A stretch of DNA of 64,000 bases from an uncultured delta proteobacterium (GCA_963778115.1 CAVZSV010000004.1:1696001-1760000), one strand, 5' to 3'; counted from the stretch's first letter, positions 21,645 to 31,664 are shown. Numbers and translations: made by a program. The notes: generated by a model from the sequence alone, not told the origin.

Positions 21645-23654
21645 TTAAATCACCGACTGAGACTGACTAGCTTCTTGCCAAGCTGGCTCGAACATTCGGG
21701 CCGGGGATTTTGAATCCCGAGTATCCGCGTCCAATTCGGCTGAAGTGACTTCGCGGACGTCTCCTCTAATTAGAGCGTAAAGTCGTTCGACCGCACGAGG
21801 AAGACCGTAATACGCATCCGAAATAATTTGATCCACTTGCCGCGCCAGTACGCGCTCAACCCTGGCTTCCAGAGCCCTATCTCCGGCAGCAAGGATTAGA
21901 ATATCCGGGTCTTCGGTCTTAATTTCGCTTCCCGTCAGATACAGCTCTTCCGAAAGTTTCTCTCCGGGACGTATGCCCGTGTAAACGATCGGAACGTCCT
22001 GTTTTCTCTTACCCATAAGGCCAATTAAACTCGTCGCTAAATCAACGATTCGGATAGGCTCCCCCATGCGGAGGACCATAATGTCTCCGGAATTCGCGAG
22101 CGTTCCCGCTCTCAGAACCAAAGACACAGCCTCCGGAATTAGCATGAAAAACCGTTTCATCTCTTTATGCGTAATCGTGATCCCTCGGCCGGCTAAAATC
22201 TGTTCCTTCAAAAGTGGGATTAAACTACCGCTACTTCCCAAGACATTTCCGAATCGCACGGATGAAAAACGTCTACCAGTCTTTTGCGCAACGTCCGTTA
22301 CCAATAATTCACAAACTCGTTTGCTAGCACCCATTACGCCCGCGGGATTGACGGCCTTGTCCGTGGAAATCATGACAAAGGATTCGACGTCATGCTCTTC
22401 AGAAAGTTCAAGAAGATTACGGGTGCCAAGAATATTATTTAGAATCGCGGGGAATGGATTACTCTCGACAAGATGCACGTGTTTATAAGCTGCTGCGTGA
22501 AAGACTAAACTTGGCGAATATTGAGTGAATATTCTCTCGAGCATCTTTTTATTTTTGATATCCACCAGAAGCGGAACCACGTTCTTTTGAGGGTTCGAGC
22601 TGTCGGATAAAGCACGATCGATCTCATAGAGATTAAACTCAGAGTGGTCGAGAAGAAGTAATTTCTGGGGACCCAATTCAAAGAGCTGCTTGGCAAGCTC
22701 CGAACCAATCGAGCCACCGGCCCCCGTGACCAGAATGGTATTCCCGGGAACCACACGTTTTAGATTCGAAAGATCGATATCTCGGCGTTTTCGACTCAAT
22801 AGATCGTTGAGGTTAATCTCGCGAAGCGGCTTGTTATCCTGTCGGTCCATGGAAGCCACAGGCAACTTTCCGATCAAAGGCCGAATTCCGTGATGGCCCG
22901 CCACCTCGATAATACGAAGGAGCAAATCCGCCTCGGGACGGTTAATGGCGATAATTAATTCCTTTGCACCCGTGGTGTGGAATAAAGCGTCCAACTCTGG
23001 ACCGGCTCCCAGAACACGAATTCCTCGAATAACGCGTCCCAGTTTGGCCCTGTCATCATCGATAAAACCAACGGGTTGATAGCCCATTTCTTCGTTGGTC
23101 ATAAGGCGGTATGCGAGTGCACTCCCATTGTTCCCGGCACCATAAATCAAAGTCGGAATTCCGTCGCGTTTCACTCGGCTATGGGAAGGATATTCGTGCA
23201 AATATCGACGGAAAAGTCGAATCCCCACCATTCCCATTAGCATCACTAGCGTCTGAATTACTACTGCGGCTCTGGGAGTGGAAGTGCTATAAACCAGCCC
23301 TCTAAAGGCTATGTTTATCAACGCCGAGATCAAAATGGCCTTCGAGACCAAAGCACCATCCTTCAATGAGGTATAGCGCCACATGATGTCGTAGACTCCC
23401 ATCAAGACGAAGGTCCCGATGGGGATGGCGATCAGAAAGGAGAGAAATAGCGCTGTATAGAGAAACGAGTGCCTAGGTTCGAAAAAACCTCCCGTAAGAT
23501 AGAAGGAAAGTCCTCGCGACAGTACGATGATGAAAATATCGGGAATAACGTATTGGATTCGCAAGCGGCCTAAGCGGCCAACTGCCGTTTTGAACAAAGA
23601 CCGCCCCATTTGGCGAAACGTGGTGGGCAAGTTCGGAAAAATGTCCAACCTCAA
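21645..23654 (-). CDS. Membrane-bound UDP-GlcNAc 4,6-dehydratase (CapD/WbpM/PglF family)
   Basis: Four N-terminal TM segments; GAGGSIGSEL, HAAAYKHV, STDKAVNP and RFGNVLGSSGS motifs; start may be 23609. Confidence 0.95.
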   Translation of the reverse strand: MRLDIFPNLPTTFRQMGRSLFKTAVGRLGRLRIQYVIPDIFIIVLSRGLSFYLTGGFFEPRHSFLYTALFLSFLIAIPIGTFVLMGVYDIMWRYTSLKDGALVSKAILISALINIAFRGLVYSTSTPRAAVVIQTLVMLMGMVGIRLFRRYLHEYPSHSRVKRDGIPTLIYGAGNNGSALAYRLMTNEEMGYQPVGFIDDDRAKLGRVIRGIRVLGAGPELDALFHTTGAKELIIAINRPEADLLLRIIEVAGHHGIRPLIGKLPVASMDRQDNKPLREINLNDLLSRKRRDIDLSNLKRVVPGNTILVTGAGGSIGSELAKQLFELGPQKLLLLDHSEFNLYEIDRALSDSSNPQKNVVPLLVDIKNKKMLERIFTQYSPSLVFHAAAYKHVHLVESNPFPAILNNILGTRNLLELSEEHDVESFVMISTDKAVNPAGVMGASKRVCELLVTDVAQKTGRRFSSVRFGNVLGSSGSLIPLLKEQILAGRGITITHKEMKRFFMLIPEAVSLVLRAGTLANSGDIMVLRMGEPIRIVDLATSLIGLMGKRKQDVPIVYTGIRPGEKLSEELYLTGSEIKTEDPDILILAAGDRALEARVERVLARQVDQIISDAYYGLPRAVERLYALIRGDVREVTSAELDADTRDSKSPARMFEPAWQEASQSQSVI

Positions 23655-23778
23655 TGATTTAAAGGATACGGTAGAGTTAGGTCAGGAACGAATGTAACTA
23701 TCAATCACATTCTGGTCAAAGCTGACCGCGTCAAAAGCCACGCCCAGAGCGGAATTCGTAGACCTTGACCCAATAAGA

Positions 23779-24456
23779 TTAGGGCTTAGCCGCGTCGAAG
23801 TCCGTCTGAAAGTCAGAATTGGCAAATAGCTTTTCGGCGACCTGTTCGGCCAATGCTTTGCCCGCTGCGATATCAGTCGGGTAGTGAACTCCCCCCATTA
23901 CCCTATCGAGTGCAATCTGATCCGCGCGATCCATGAAGGCTTGCGCGCGCGACGGATCTAATTTCGCGAGCACCCGTGCCCAGACTCCAGAGATCGTCGC
24001 ATGTCCACTGGGGTACGAGTACCCAGAAGGCTTTGGAATACAGGGTTGCACTTGGCTATTTTCCGAAAAGGGGCGTGGCCGTTGCCAGTAGTCTTTGGTT
24101 GCTTCGGCAAAATAGTCGGCATCCACTAACACTTTATTGAAGAAAGTTTTCCATTGAGTGACTTCCGCTTTCGTCAAAGGGCCGTAAGCCGGACCGAAAA
24201 AGGAATTCAGTGAGATGGAAGCTTCAGTATTAGCTCGTTTGCAGTCATCGGAAGTTCTAGAAGACTGATAAGCCAAGACTTGACTCATATCCGTTTGCTG
24301 CTCGGCAGAATTGGGGTCCGGAAAAGCCGAAACCACCGTATCGATGGGGAGAGCATCCGCGGATAGGTAATCTAACCGGGGAGTTGCTGCGCGCCCCGGC
24401 AAACTTAATAGGGACAGCAATACTAGCCACGTAAAAGCAAAACGAAGATGATTCAT
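23779..24456 (-). CDS. Secreted class A acid phosphatase (PAP2 family)
   Basis: K-x6-RP, SYPSGH and R-x5-HYPTD motifs; signal peptide. Confidence 0.9.
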   Translation of the reverse strand: MNHLRFAFTWLVLLSLLSLPGRAATPRLDYLSADALPIDTVVSAFPDPNSAEQQTDMSQVLAYQSSRTSDDCKRANTEASISLNSFFGPAYGPLTKAEVTQWKTFFNKVLVDADYFAEATKDYWQRPRPFSENSQVQPCIPKPSGYSYPSGHATISGVWARVLAKLDPSRAQAFMDRADQIALDRVMGGVHYPTDIAAGKALAEQVAEKLFANSDFQTDFDAAKP

Positions 24457-24903
24457 TTTCCCCCCCACTCGCTTATAAGAGATGGCGACGAGAAAGACAC
24501 TGCCACATGCGTCTAATGCTTTTAGCAGGTCGGCGAGTCGATGCAGCTTCCTTCATAATTGGGATCGCTATTATTACAGGCCTATGCCACGGGACAATCG
24601 TCACAGGTCTGACAACTAGAATGCGGAACTTGAAATGATTTCGGCGTGGTCGCAGGAAGATTTGCTGTTGGCGATTGGTAAGAAGCACCCACCACAAGCA
24701 AAGATATTCCTAAAACAGCGGCGGTGTTTTGTCCGCAGTTGCAGATAAGGAGTTGCAAAGACGAGTGTCGTGAGAGCCCTCTTTTGCCAAAATGCCCACG
24801 AATTAGACAGCCGAAAGAGGGCCGTCCCAGCCCATTGCCCACTCATCCTGCTGGCATAGATAATGTACAAGCTTTCCCCCGGCGACTGACGCGCCGGAGG
24901 TTG

Positions 24904-25710
24904 ATGATGTCTTGTAAGAACTTGTTACTGGTTACGATGGCGATTCTAGGCTGTTTCGTGGGAGGAAACTCTCAAGCGGAATGGGATAATAGCAGCCTCG
25001 GCAAGATCGTCTCTGATGCTCGAGGAAAAGGGATGACTGCGTACGAAGAGGCTTTAAACTCGCGTGCGGCAGTTCCGGGAAATGAGCATGACCAAGCCCC
25101 CGCGGTTAAGAGTGTGGAGACTTGGGTAAAAGGACTCTATGGACTTTACGAATCTTCGTTAGGCGAGTGGGACTCTCTCCCCAAGAATGCAACCGAAGCG
25201 GAACGTGAGAAGGTGGCCGATAGAGTGGTAAAGGTGAGCGATGCCTTGGCGACGGCATCCACCATTAAGGTATTCTTTGAAGCCAGTATTCAAGACTGCG
25301 AAAATGCGGGTTCGTCCGTCTCTCCCCGGCAAATTTTAGAAGGCAAGAAAGAGCTCCTAACCCTGGTAAGAAAAACCTTGCTAAGAAGAGGGGAAGTCTC
25401 TGGTCTATTAGATTCCCTTATCGCTGACGTGGAAAAGCGAGAGGAAGCAAGAAAAGGACTCAACGAAGCTAAGACCTATCAAGACAAAATCATGCTCTCG
25501 GTAAATATCGTGGATGATTTTCTAGATAGAAATACTCAAATCGTAGACAATCATGCCCTCCATAGATGGGGTGTGGCCTCAACCCGTTCGCTAGTCTCAA
25601 ATCGAAGAATCGGGCCCTGGGGCAAACCCAGCTCTCATTCTCAGGAAGTATCGGACGACGTTCAGCTAGCTACCGGTGCCGTTCGCAACGACAACGCTGA
25701 GAAAAAATAA
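24904..25710 (+). CDS. Hypothetical secreted helical protein
   Basis: GGAGG RBS at 24896-24900, then MMSCKNLLLVTMAILGCFVGGNSQA signal peptide. Confidence 0.65.
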   Translation: MMSCKNLLLVTMAILGCFVGGNSQAEWDNSSLGKIVSDARGKGMTAYEEALNSRAAVPGNEHDQAPAVKSVETWVKGLYGLYESSLGEWDSLPKNATEAEREKVADRVVKVSDALATASTIKVFFEASIQDCENAGSSVSPRQILEGKKELLTLVRKTLLRRGEVSGLLDSLIADVEKREEARKGLNEAKTYQDKIMLSVNIVDDFLDRNTQIVDNHALHRWGVASTRSLVSNRRIGPWGKPSSHSQEVSDDVQLATGAVRNDNAEKK

Positions 25711-25837
25711 CATCCTCCGGTATGATTTCGGGCCACCTTCTGGTGCCAATACGCCCCACTTGGGGATCTCGTAGGCACGCAACTCTGGAAGTTTAGCTGG
25801 CATCTGCTTTGCTCTGTCTCCCTGTGGGGGGAGTTAG

Positions 25838-27106
25838 ATGAGAGTCCTATCTCTTTTATCCATTAGCATCGTTTTGACCTTGGTGGGTTGTGGCGCCGAC
25901 GGAAACCATACTTCGACAGGAGTCCGTGTGGGGGCCCAATTTTATCCCATCACCTGTGGTGCCCAAAATGACGGCCATTACACTTACACTCCCGACTGCC
26001 TGCGACAGGCGTATCAGATAACGCCGGAGCTAGGCGATGGCACGGGTCAAACGGTCGCCATCATCGATGATTTCGGCAATCCTAATTTAGAATCGGATCT
26101 CTCAAGCTTTTCACAAAAATTTAATCTGCCTCCGGCCAACCTCAAAATCGCCTATCCCAATGGAGAGCCCGTCTGGAGCGATCCCCTTTGCCATTACAAT
26201 TCACCTCAAAACGGCAATCAGCCGAACGTCTGCGCTGGCTGGGCGGGAGAGGTCTCTTTAGATGTTCAGATGGTCCATGTCATCGCTCCTGGCGCCAATA
26301 TTCTTGTAGTGATCGCTGGGCCCGGAACGGACGCTACTCGAAATGATTTACAAAATGATCTATCCGCCATCGACTATGCCGTTGCACAGGGGGCGAGTGT
26401 CGTCTCGATGAGTTGGGAATTTAGAAACAGCCAAACTATTTTTACCAATGACAGCCACTTCCAAAAGACAGGTGTTACTTTCATCGCTTCAGCGGGGGAT
26501 AGCCCAGGTGATGTTGCCTGGCCTTCCATGTCTCCCTACGTGCTGTCGGTGGGAGGAACCTCCCTTCAGTTCGATCCCACTTCCGAAGACAGAAGCGAAT
26601 CGGCATGGGCGAGTACCGGAGGAGGCATCGATAGTTTTGTTTCTCTCCCTGATTTTCAAAATGGATTGGGCGGAACTGCTAGCACAAGCTACCGTTCAGG
26701 GCCGGATGTTTCCATGGTCGCGGATGCCGCTACCGGAGTTTTCGTTTACGACAGCATGACAGGCCCCTTCTATAATGGAGATACCGACCCGTGGGTGAAC
26801 GGACTGCCTCCCGCAGTTCCTGACGCGTATAATTGGGAAGTTGCCGGAGGAACCAGTGTCGGCGCTCCTGTTTGGGCCGGCCTTATTGCCCTGGCCAACG
26901 CCAAACGACCGTCTGGCTCGCCGTTGGGAGATATTCACCAAGCGCTCTATCAACAAAACGCGGGCGCTTTCCTTGACATCACTTCGGGATGCCTAACTAA
27001 CTCGCAATCGAGTACGGGCTGCGCTAGCGAAGGCTTTGATCTTCTGACGGGCCTGGGTTCCCCTATCGCAAGTAAGCTCGTCCCGTACCTAGTGAGTTTA
27101 AAATAA
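25838..27106 (+). CDS. S53 (sedolisin/kumamolisin) peptidase lipoprotein
   Basis: Lipobox LVGC; EVSLD, SAGD and GGTS catalytic motifs; GFDLLTGLGSP. Confidence 0.9.
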   Translation: MRVLSLLSISIVLTLVGCGADGNHTSTGVRVGAQFYPITCGAQNDGHYTYTPDCLRQAYQITPELGDGTGQTVAIIDDFGNPNLESDLSSFSQKFNLPPANLKIAYPNGEPVWSDPLCHYNSPQNGNQPNVCAGWAGEVSLDVQMVHVIAPGANILVVIAGPGTDATRNDLQNDLSAIDYAVAQGASVVSMSWEFRNSQTIFTNDSHFQKTGVTFIASAGDSPGDVAWPSMSPYVLSVGGTSLQFDPTSEDRSESAWASTGGGIDSFVSLPDFQNGLGGTASTSYRSGPDVSMVADAATGVFVYDSMTGPFYNGDTDPWVNGLPPAVPDAYNWEVAGGTSVGAPVWAGLIALANAKRPSGSPLGDIHQALYQQNAGAFLDITSGCLTNSQSSTGCASEGFDLLTGLGSPIASKLVPYLVSLK

Positions 27107-27201
27107 AGCCCCTTGTTGTTCACAAAAGTTATTAAGTTTTTGGTTTTCCTTTCAGAAGTCTACCTCTTACCTGATATCGATTAGAAAAAGGGGGAAGTTC
27201 C

Positions 27202-27768
27202 ATGAAAGTCGGTATTAGCCTATTCAGCTCTGTCATCGCATTGTCCTTTTCCGTACTGGCTCAGGCGGATTTTCAGCCGTTCGACAAAGCAGTTACCTGC
27301 AAATCGGCCAACGACGGATCGACTCTGAAAGTCTCCTATGACAAGACGACCAATTTAGATTTGGGATGGGCGGGAACCATTACGGTGGAAATTGGAACCG
27401 CTTCCAATACAGCGCTTGCAGCTTTAGTCCAAAACGCGGAACTTGCTACCGACGGCTCGAACCAAACGATTCGGCGGCAAGAGATAGCGGGACAAGTAGG
27501 TAACTGGATCCAACAAGACACTCTAAATCCAGTGATCTCGCAAACCACATTAAATTTTGGAACGTGGGATCTTTTGGACGCCAAAGGAAACGTCACAAAA
27601 CAAGCTAACGGCTTTATTTCCGCTCTAACACTTTCGAAAATCTCGGAATCCGGATTCTTGGAAGGGCAATCGAAAATAAGTTCCAAAGACTCCTATCTGG
27701 TCCGATTAGTCGACGATTTCGGAGATATCCAAATTCCGTTCGAACTATCCGAATGCAGCACAAATTGA
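27202..27768 (+). CDS. Hypothetical secreted protein
   Basis: Signal peptide ending AQA; purine-rich RBS; Cys near each end of the mature chain. Confidence 0.7.
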   Translation: MKVGISLFSSVIALSFSVLAQADFQPFDKAVTCKSANDGSTLKVSYDKTTNLDLGWAGTITVEIGTASNTALAALVQNAELATDGSNQTIRRQEIAGQVGNWIQQDTLNPVISQTTLNFGTWDLLDAKGNVTKQANGFISALTLSKISESGFLEGQSKISSKDSYLVRLVDDFGDIQIPFELSECSTN

Positions 27769-27828
27769 TCCGTCATTTTTTCATCTACTGCCATTACACA
27801 GCGGTAAGCATTCAAAAATAAAACCCTG

Positions 27829-27847
27829 ATTTGTTTATTAAACAAAT
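27829..27847. promoter_or_regulatory. Perfect palindrome, candidate transcription-factor operator
   Basis: ATTTGTTTA-T-TAAACAAAT in the intergenic region, 8 bp before a TTGACG hexamer. Confidence 0.4.
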
Positions 27848-27992
27848 TTTGGGGGTTGACGCGGTAGTTCGATACGCGTTACCGGTGTGCCCATCATTCG
27901 ATCAAAGCCAATTGACACAGCTGAGTTTTCTTACCGAAACCTCTGACTCTGCTTGAGATCGAAAATGAAAAACCCAAACTAAGGAGTCACTC

Positions 27993-28247
27993 ATGTTGAC
28001 CAAATCGTTCCTAGCCCTCGTCCTGGCCCTGGGGATCACGTTCACCTCGATGGAGGCCAACGCTGGCTGGAGACACCGCTGTGGCGGCTGTGGGACACCC
28101 TCACAACCTGCGTGCCCCGCGGAATGCACAGTAACTCCGGCGCCGGAGCCCTGTCCTGCCCCGGCCCCTGCAACCTGCAGCAGCTATGGATGTGGTAAAA
28201 CTCACCACTTCCTTGAGCGCCTCAGAAGTCGCCGCTGTTGTAGATAA
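27993..28247 (+). CDS. Small secreted Cys/Pro-rich protein
   Basis: AAGGAG RBS; signal peptide ending ANA; 9 Cys in 60 mature residues; has its own terminator. Confidence 0.75.
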   Translation: MLTKSFLALVLALGITFTSMEANAGWRHRCGGCGTPSQPACPAECTVTPAPEPCPAPAPATCSSYGCGKTHHFLERLRSRRCCR

Positions 28248-28259
28248 CAAATAAACTTC

Positions 28260-28294
28260 GGGGCATTCGGTATAGACCGAATGCCCCTTTTTTT
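28260..28294 (+). terminator. Intrinsic terminator
   Basis: GGGGCATTCGGT-atag-ACCGAATGCCCC followed by T7. Confidence 0.85.
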
Positions 28295-28304
28295 CGGATT
28301 GGTT

Positions 28305-29217
28305 ATGGTCAAAAAATTTTTGCTATTCGGTACCTCTCTTATTATTGCACTTTTTGTCTTTCGTTGGGCAAATGACAAAAATCCCAGTGAAGATTCCACT
28401 CCCGCCGGCAAAGGCTCGTTTGAGAACGCCATACCAGCTTCTAGTGACATCGCTTACCTCCCCAAGGTCCCTGTTCCCACGGGCCGACTGAAAGGGAAAG
28501 CTGAGGCAACCGAAACCACAAAAACCGCGACGGTAAATGAAATCGAAATAGCTAGGACCAAGGTCAGAGAACTCAAACAAGCTTTGGCTCGTGAACCCGA
28601 AAATGCAAAAGTGATGGCCGACCTAGGCGCCACCCTAGCGCAACAACTTCATTCTCCCGATGAGGGGATTCCCCATCTAGAAAAGTCCATTCTACTCAGC
28701 TCTGACGACGGAAAGGCTTTTTATGATTCTAGTGGGAGCCTACATCGAAGCAGGGCGCATCGAGCGAGGGGAATCATTTTTGAATAAGCTTCAGCAAACA
28801 CAGCCCCAGAACATGGCTATGATCGAGTCGGCCCGGGCGGATTTACTCGCCACTTCCGGAAGAGCGGCTGAAGCGATCAAGCATTCCCAGAACGCTCTGA
28901 ACCAGGATCCCACATCGCCCGAGGGTGCCGCCCTTCATGGAGCGCTACTTTATCACAACGGAGATTCTCAAAAAGCCGAACCCCATCTCAAACAAGCCGA
29001 TCAGGGCTTTCAAGAGATGATCCGAACCGACAAGGCGAATGGAAAGTCCACCGAAAGCGCAGAAAAAAAACGAGCAGACAATTTAGTCCTTCTGGCGGAA
29101 ACCATGGTTCGAAATGGAAATCCTGAAGTGGAGAACGTCATCGGTCAGATTCCCGACCTTAAAGATAAGCAATACATTCGCAATCTGCAGTCGCGAATGA
29201 ACGAAAGGGCTGAATAG
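28305..29217 (+). CDS. Membrane-anchored TPR protein, split by a 1-bp indel near 28727
   Basis: TPR-like helices in both ORFs; removing one T gives KAFYDLVGAYIEAG and joins them. Confidence 0.75.
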
Positions 29218-29307
29218 GTGTAGCCCTTTCGATGGGAAACTACCGCGCGGATAACGGAATCCAACCGCCTCCGCAAGACAGATCGAACGCGTGAATTTTT
29301 GCGTGAA

Positions 29308-29550
29308 TTAGAATTTCCGGGGAGCGCTATTTAATTTTTCACGGGAAAGAATAAGGCCATGAGAGATGTCATAGGGAGAGACTCCAAGAGTGACTCGATC
29401 TCCCACAAGCACGCGGATATGAAAGCGACGAAGCCTTCCTGATAGTTTGGCTTTTACCGTGCGACCGTCATTGAGTTTCACCGAGAATTGGCTCGCGGAG
29501 AGCGACTCAGACACCACACCGTCAACTTTGATAAGATCTTCTCGACTCAA
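29308..29550 (-). CDS. infA: Translation initiation factor IF-1 (possibly a paralog)
   Basis: EDLIKVDGVV...LSGRLRRFHIRVLVGDRV...SPYD; TTG start with AGGAG RBS. Confidence 0.9.
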   Translation of the reverse strand: MSREDLIKVDGVVSESLSASQFSVKLNDGRTVKAKLSGRLRRFHIRVLVGDRVTLGVSPYDISHGLILSREKLNSAPRKF

Positions 29551-29617
29551 TTTTTTATCTCCTGGGATCGAAATTCACGGACCCCGGAAGCACCAGGGCC
29601 CATGTCATCTAAAAACT

Positions 29618-29965
29618 TTAGTACGAACTTCGTCGGGAGCCGCTTCCAGAGAAGCGATCGCCGCCGCCGCCGAAACTGCTACGGGAGAATCGGTTCTCTC
29701 CGCCTTCAGAGCGAGAGGCACGCGGTCGGGCTTCGTTCACTGTGAGAGCGCGACCTTCCATTTGATAGCCGTTAAGACTAGAGATAGCTTTTTCAGCCTC
29801 TTCATCAGAACCCATTTCGACGAAACCAAAACCTTTGGACCGTCCGGTCTCTCTATCAGTGATGATTTGACAAGAATCGACCGAACCGTACTGATTAAAC
29901 AGTTCGTTGATTGAGCTTTCCGTTGCCGAAAAAGCGAGATTACCTACGTATAATTTTTTACCCAC
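29618..29965 (-). CDS. RRM RNA-binding protein with Gly/Arg/Ser-rich tail
   Basis: RNP2 LYVGNL and RNP1 KGFGFVEM; AAGGAGG RBS. Confidence 0.95.
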   Translation of the reverse strand: MGKKLYVGNLAFSATESSINELFNQYGSVDSCQIITDRETGRSKGFGFVEMGSDEEAEKAISSLNGYQMEGRALTVNEARPRASRSEGGENRFSRSSFGGGGDRFSGSGSRRSSY

Positions 29966-30269
29966 GGTAGACCTCCTTAAAGGTTAGTGGTGCCAAGAGA
30001 GAAAAACGGTGAGCACCCTGCCCAAAGGTCTTCTGATTCGACTGGCGCATCATAGCCCGTTTGAGAGGGAATAGCTCTCAAATTTATCCAGAGGGGAATG
30101 GCTAGCAATCCAGCGCATCATTTGATTTTTGGTGGGATCGCAAGAGGGCGCAAATCAATGGTAAACAAGGAGATTGTGTGCGATCATAGTAAGAGTCCTG
30201 CTTTTTTTCATGCTTGAGGCAGTCAGCATGATCAGGATTTATGAGACTCAGGACGTTTCCGATCACCCC

Positions 30270-30752
30270 ATGACACCCATGAATTATAAACTCACAATCG
30301 ACGTTAACTTGATGGACGAAGGGTCAAAAATTCCAGCAATGGATACCCTCAAGCGCTGGAAGCGAGAAGGCAAGATTGAACTTATAGAAGCCGCCCCTTC
30401 ACAAAACGCCAGCTATGGCTGGCCGGGCTCCACCATCAGAACGAGCCCATCCAGAGATCCAAGGGGACGGACTCGAATGAAGAAGGATCCGCCCGGAAGC
30501 CCTAACTTCAAAACTGTCGCGGGAGTTTTATTTCCCAGCAAAGATTTCTTAAAACTGAACATGGGCGAGATTAATGACGTCGCTCACCTCGTCAAACATT
30601 GCGTAAATAAGAATGAGTTTTTCATCACCGTGAACATGAAAGACTTCATCGAAAGCGGAAGGCGCGAGACTCTCAAGCAGAGTTTGGGAATTATCGCCAT
30701 GACCCCAGATGAAGTGGTCGAAGCGCTAGCAAAAATCGAAGGCTGGAAATAG
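30270..30752 (+). CDS. Hypothetical protein, possibly PIN-like
   Basis: LTIDVN, DVAHL and FITVNMKDF acidic pattern; start uncertain. Confidence 0.5.
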   Translation: MTPMNYKLTIDVNLMDEGSKIPAMDTLKRWKREGKIELIEAAPSQNASYGWPGSTIRTSPSRDPRGRTRMKKDPPGSPNFKTVAGVLFPSKDFLKLNMGEINDVAHLVKHCVNKNEFFITVNMKDFIESGRRETLKQSLGIIAMTPDEVVEALAKIEGWK

Positions 30753-30794
30753 CGTTTCCGCTCTGCTTAAATTCCAACCCTATTCCCATCCCTA

Positions 30795-31469
30795 TTAATG
30801 AGGCGTCACCGCACTCAAATGAAAACCGGCTGAGGGAGTCGTCGTGCCAGACGCCGTTAGAGGAGTCTCCACCGGAATATTGAGACCTGCGCCAGCCGAC
30901 GATGGCTGCCCTTCTACGGGAACCGAACCTCGCGCTTGTAAAGACTGAGCTTGAATGGCCTGAAATTGTTGTAGGGCCGCTCCCTGTTGCTGTTGCATCT
31001 CGGCGGCTTGAGCTTGTTGGGCGGCTGCATATTGGGCTTGTTGAGCTACGACGGCCTGGGCCTGTTTGGCTACGGCAGCGTTGGCGCTTTCTGCCATGTT
31101 CTCAAGCATCCCTCCTAATTGCGCTTCTGCCTGCGATTTGGCCATGAGTTCGGCAGCTTCTTTTTTGGGATCATTTCCTCCTTTATGATGGTGCCCTTCT
31201 TTTTCACCACCCTTGCCCCCTTGATGCTCCTGACCGCCGTTCAAAAGCTCTTGGGCTCGCTGATAATCTCTTTGGGCTTGTTGAAGCGCTAAAGTCCCGG
31301 CATCGCCTTCAAGTTGAGCCGCGATTCCGGTACCAGCACCTGCCATGGCGAAATTTCCCATTTCGGCCACTGCCTCGGTGAAGTTCGCAAAAGAGAGAAT
31401 GCTATTTCCAATGAAAATAAAAAATGCGGACCGAAACCAAGGGGAGATACGTAAAATTATGTTTCTCAT
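30795..31469 (-). CDS. Hypothetical secreted Gln/Ala-rich protein
   Basis: Hydrophobic N-terminus; AQQAQ-type repeats. Confidence 0.6.
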   Translation of the reverse strand: MRNIILRISPWFRSAFFIFIGNSILSFANFTEAVAEMGNFAMAGAGTGIAAQLEGDAGTLALQQAQRDYQRAQELLNGGQEHQGGKGGEKEGHHHKGGNDPKKEAAELMAKSQAEAQLGGMLENMAESANAAVAKQAQAVVAQQAQYAAAQQAQAAEMQQQQGAALQQFQAIQAQSLQARGSVPVEGQPSSAGAGLNIPVETPLTASGTTTPSAGFHLSAVTPH

Positions 31470-31664
31470 GTTGCCCCCGAACTAAAATTGCTAACCCCTG
31501 TTTACTAATGGGTGCAAAGCAGATGCCTAACCGCCAGCCTCGAAACAGCCGTCAAAATATCGATACCTATGAGAAGTTTCTTTCCACCACAATCAGAGGG
31601 CTTTGCTACTGGTGGAAACTTTTGAAGTTTAAGGTGGCTAGTTCTTGGACGGGGGATGCAATAG

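Noticed and set aside
7800..21650. Invertase-driven shufflon explaining the capsule gene orientations
   Set aside because: No recombinase in the window and no shared inverted repeats seen by eye at the strand switches
24507..24638. Possible 43-aa hydrophobic peptide (MRLMLLAG...)
   Set aside because: No convincing RBS, and it starts only ~50 bp from the divergent phosphatase start
29447..29914. 155-aa plus-strand ORF
   Set aside because: Antisense to the well-supported RRM and infA genes
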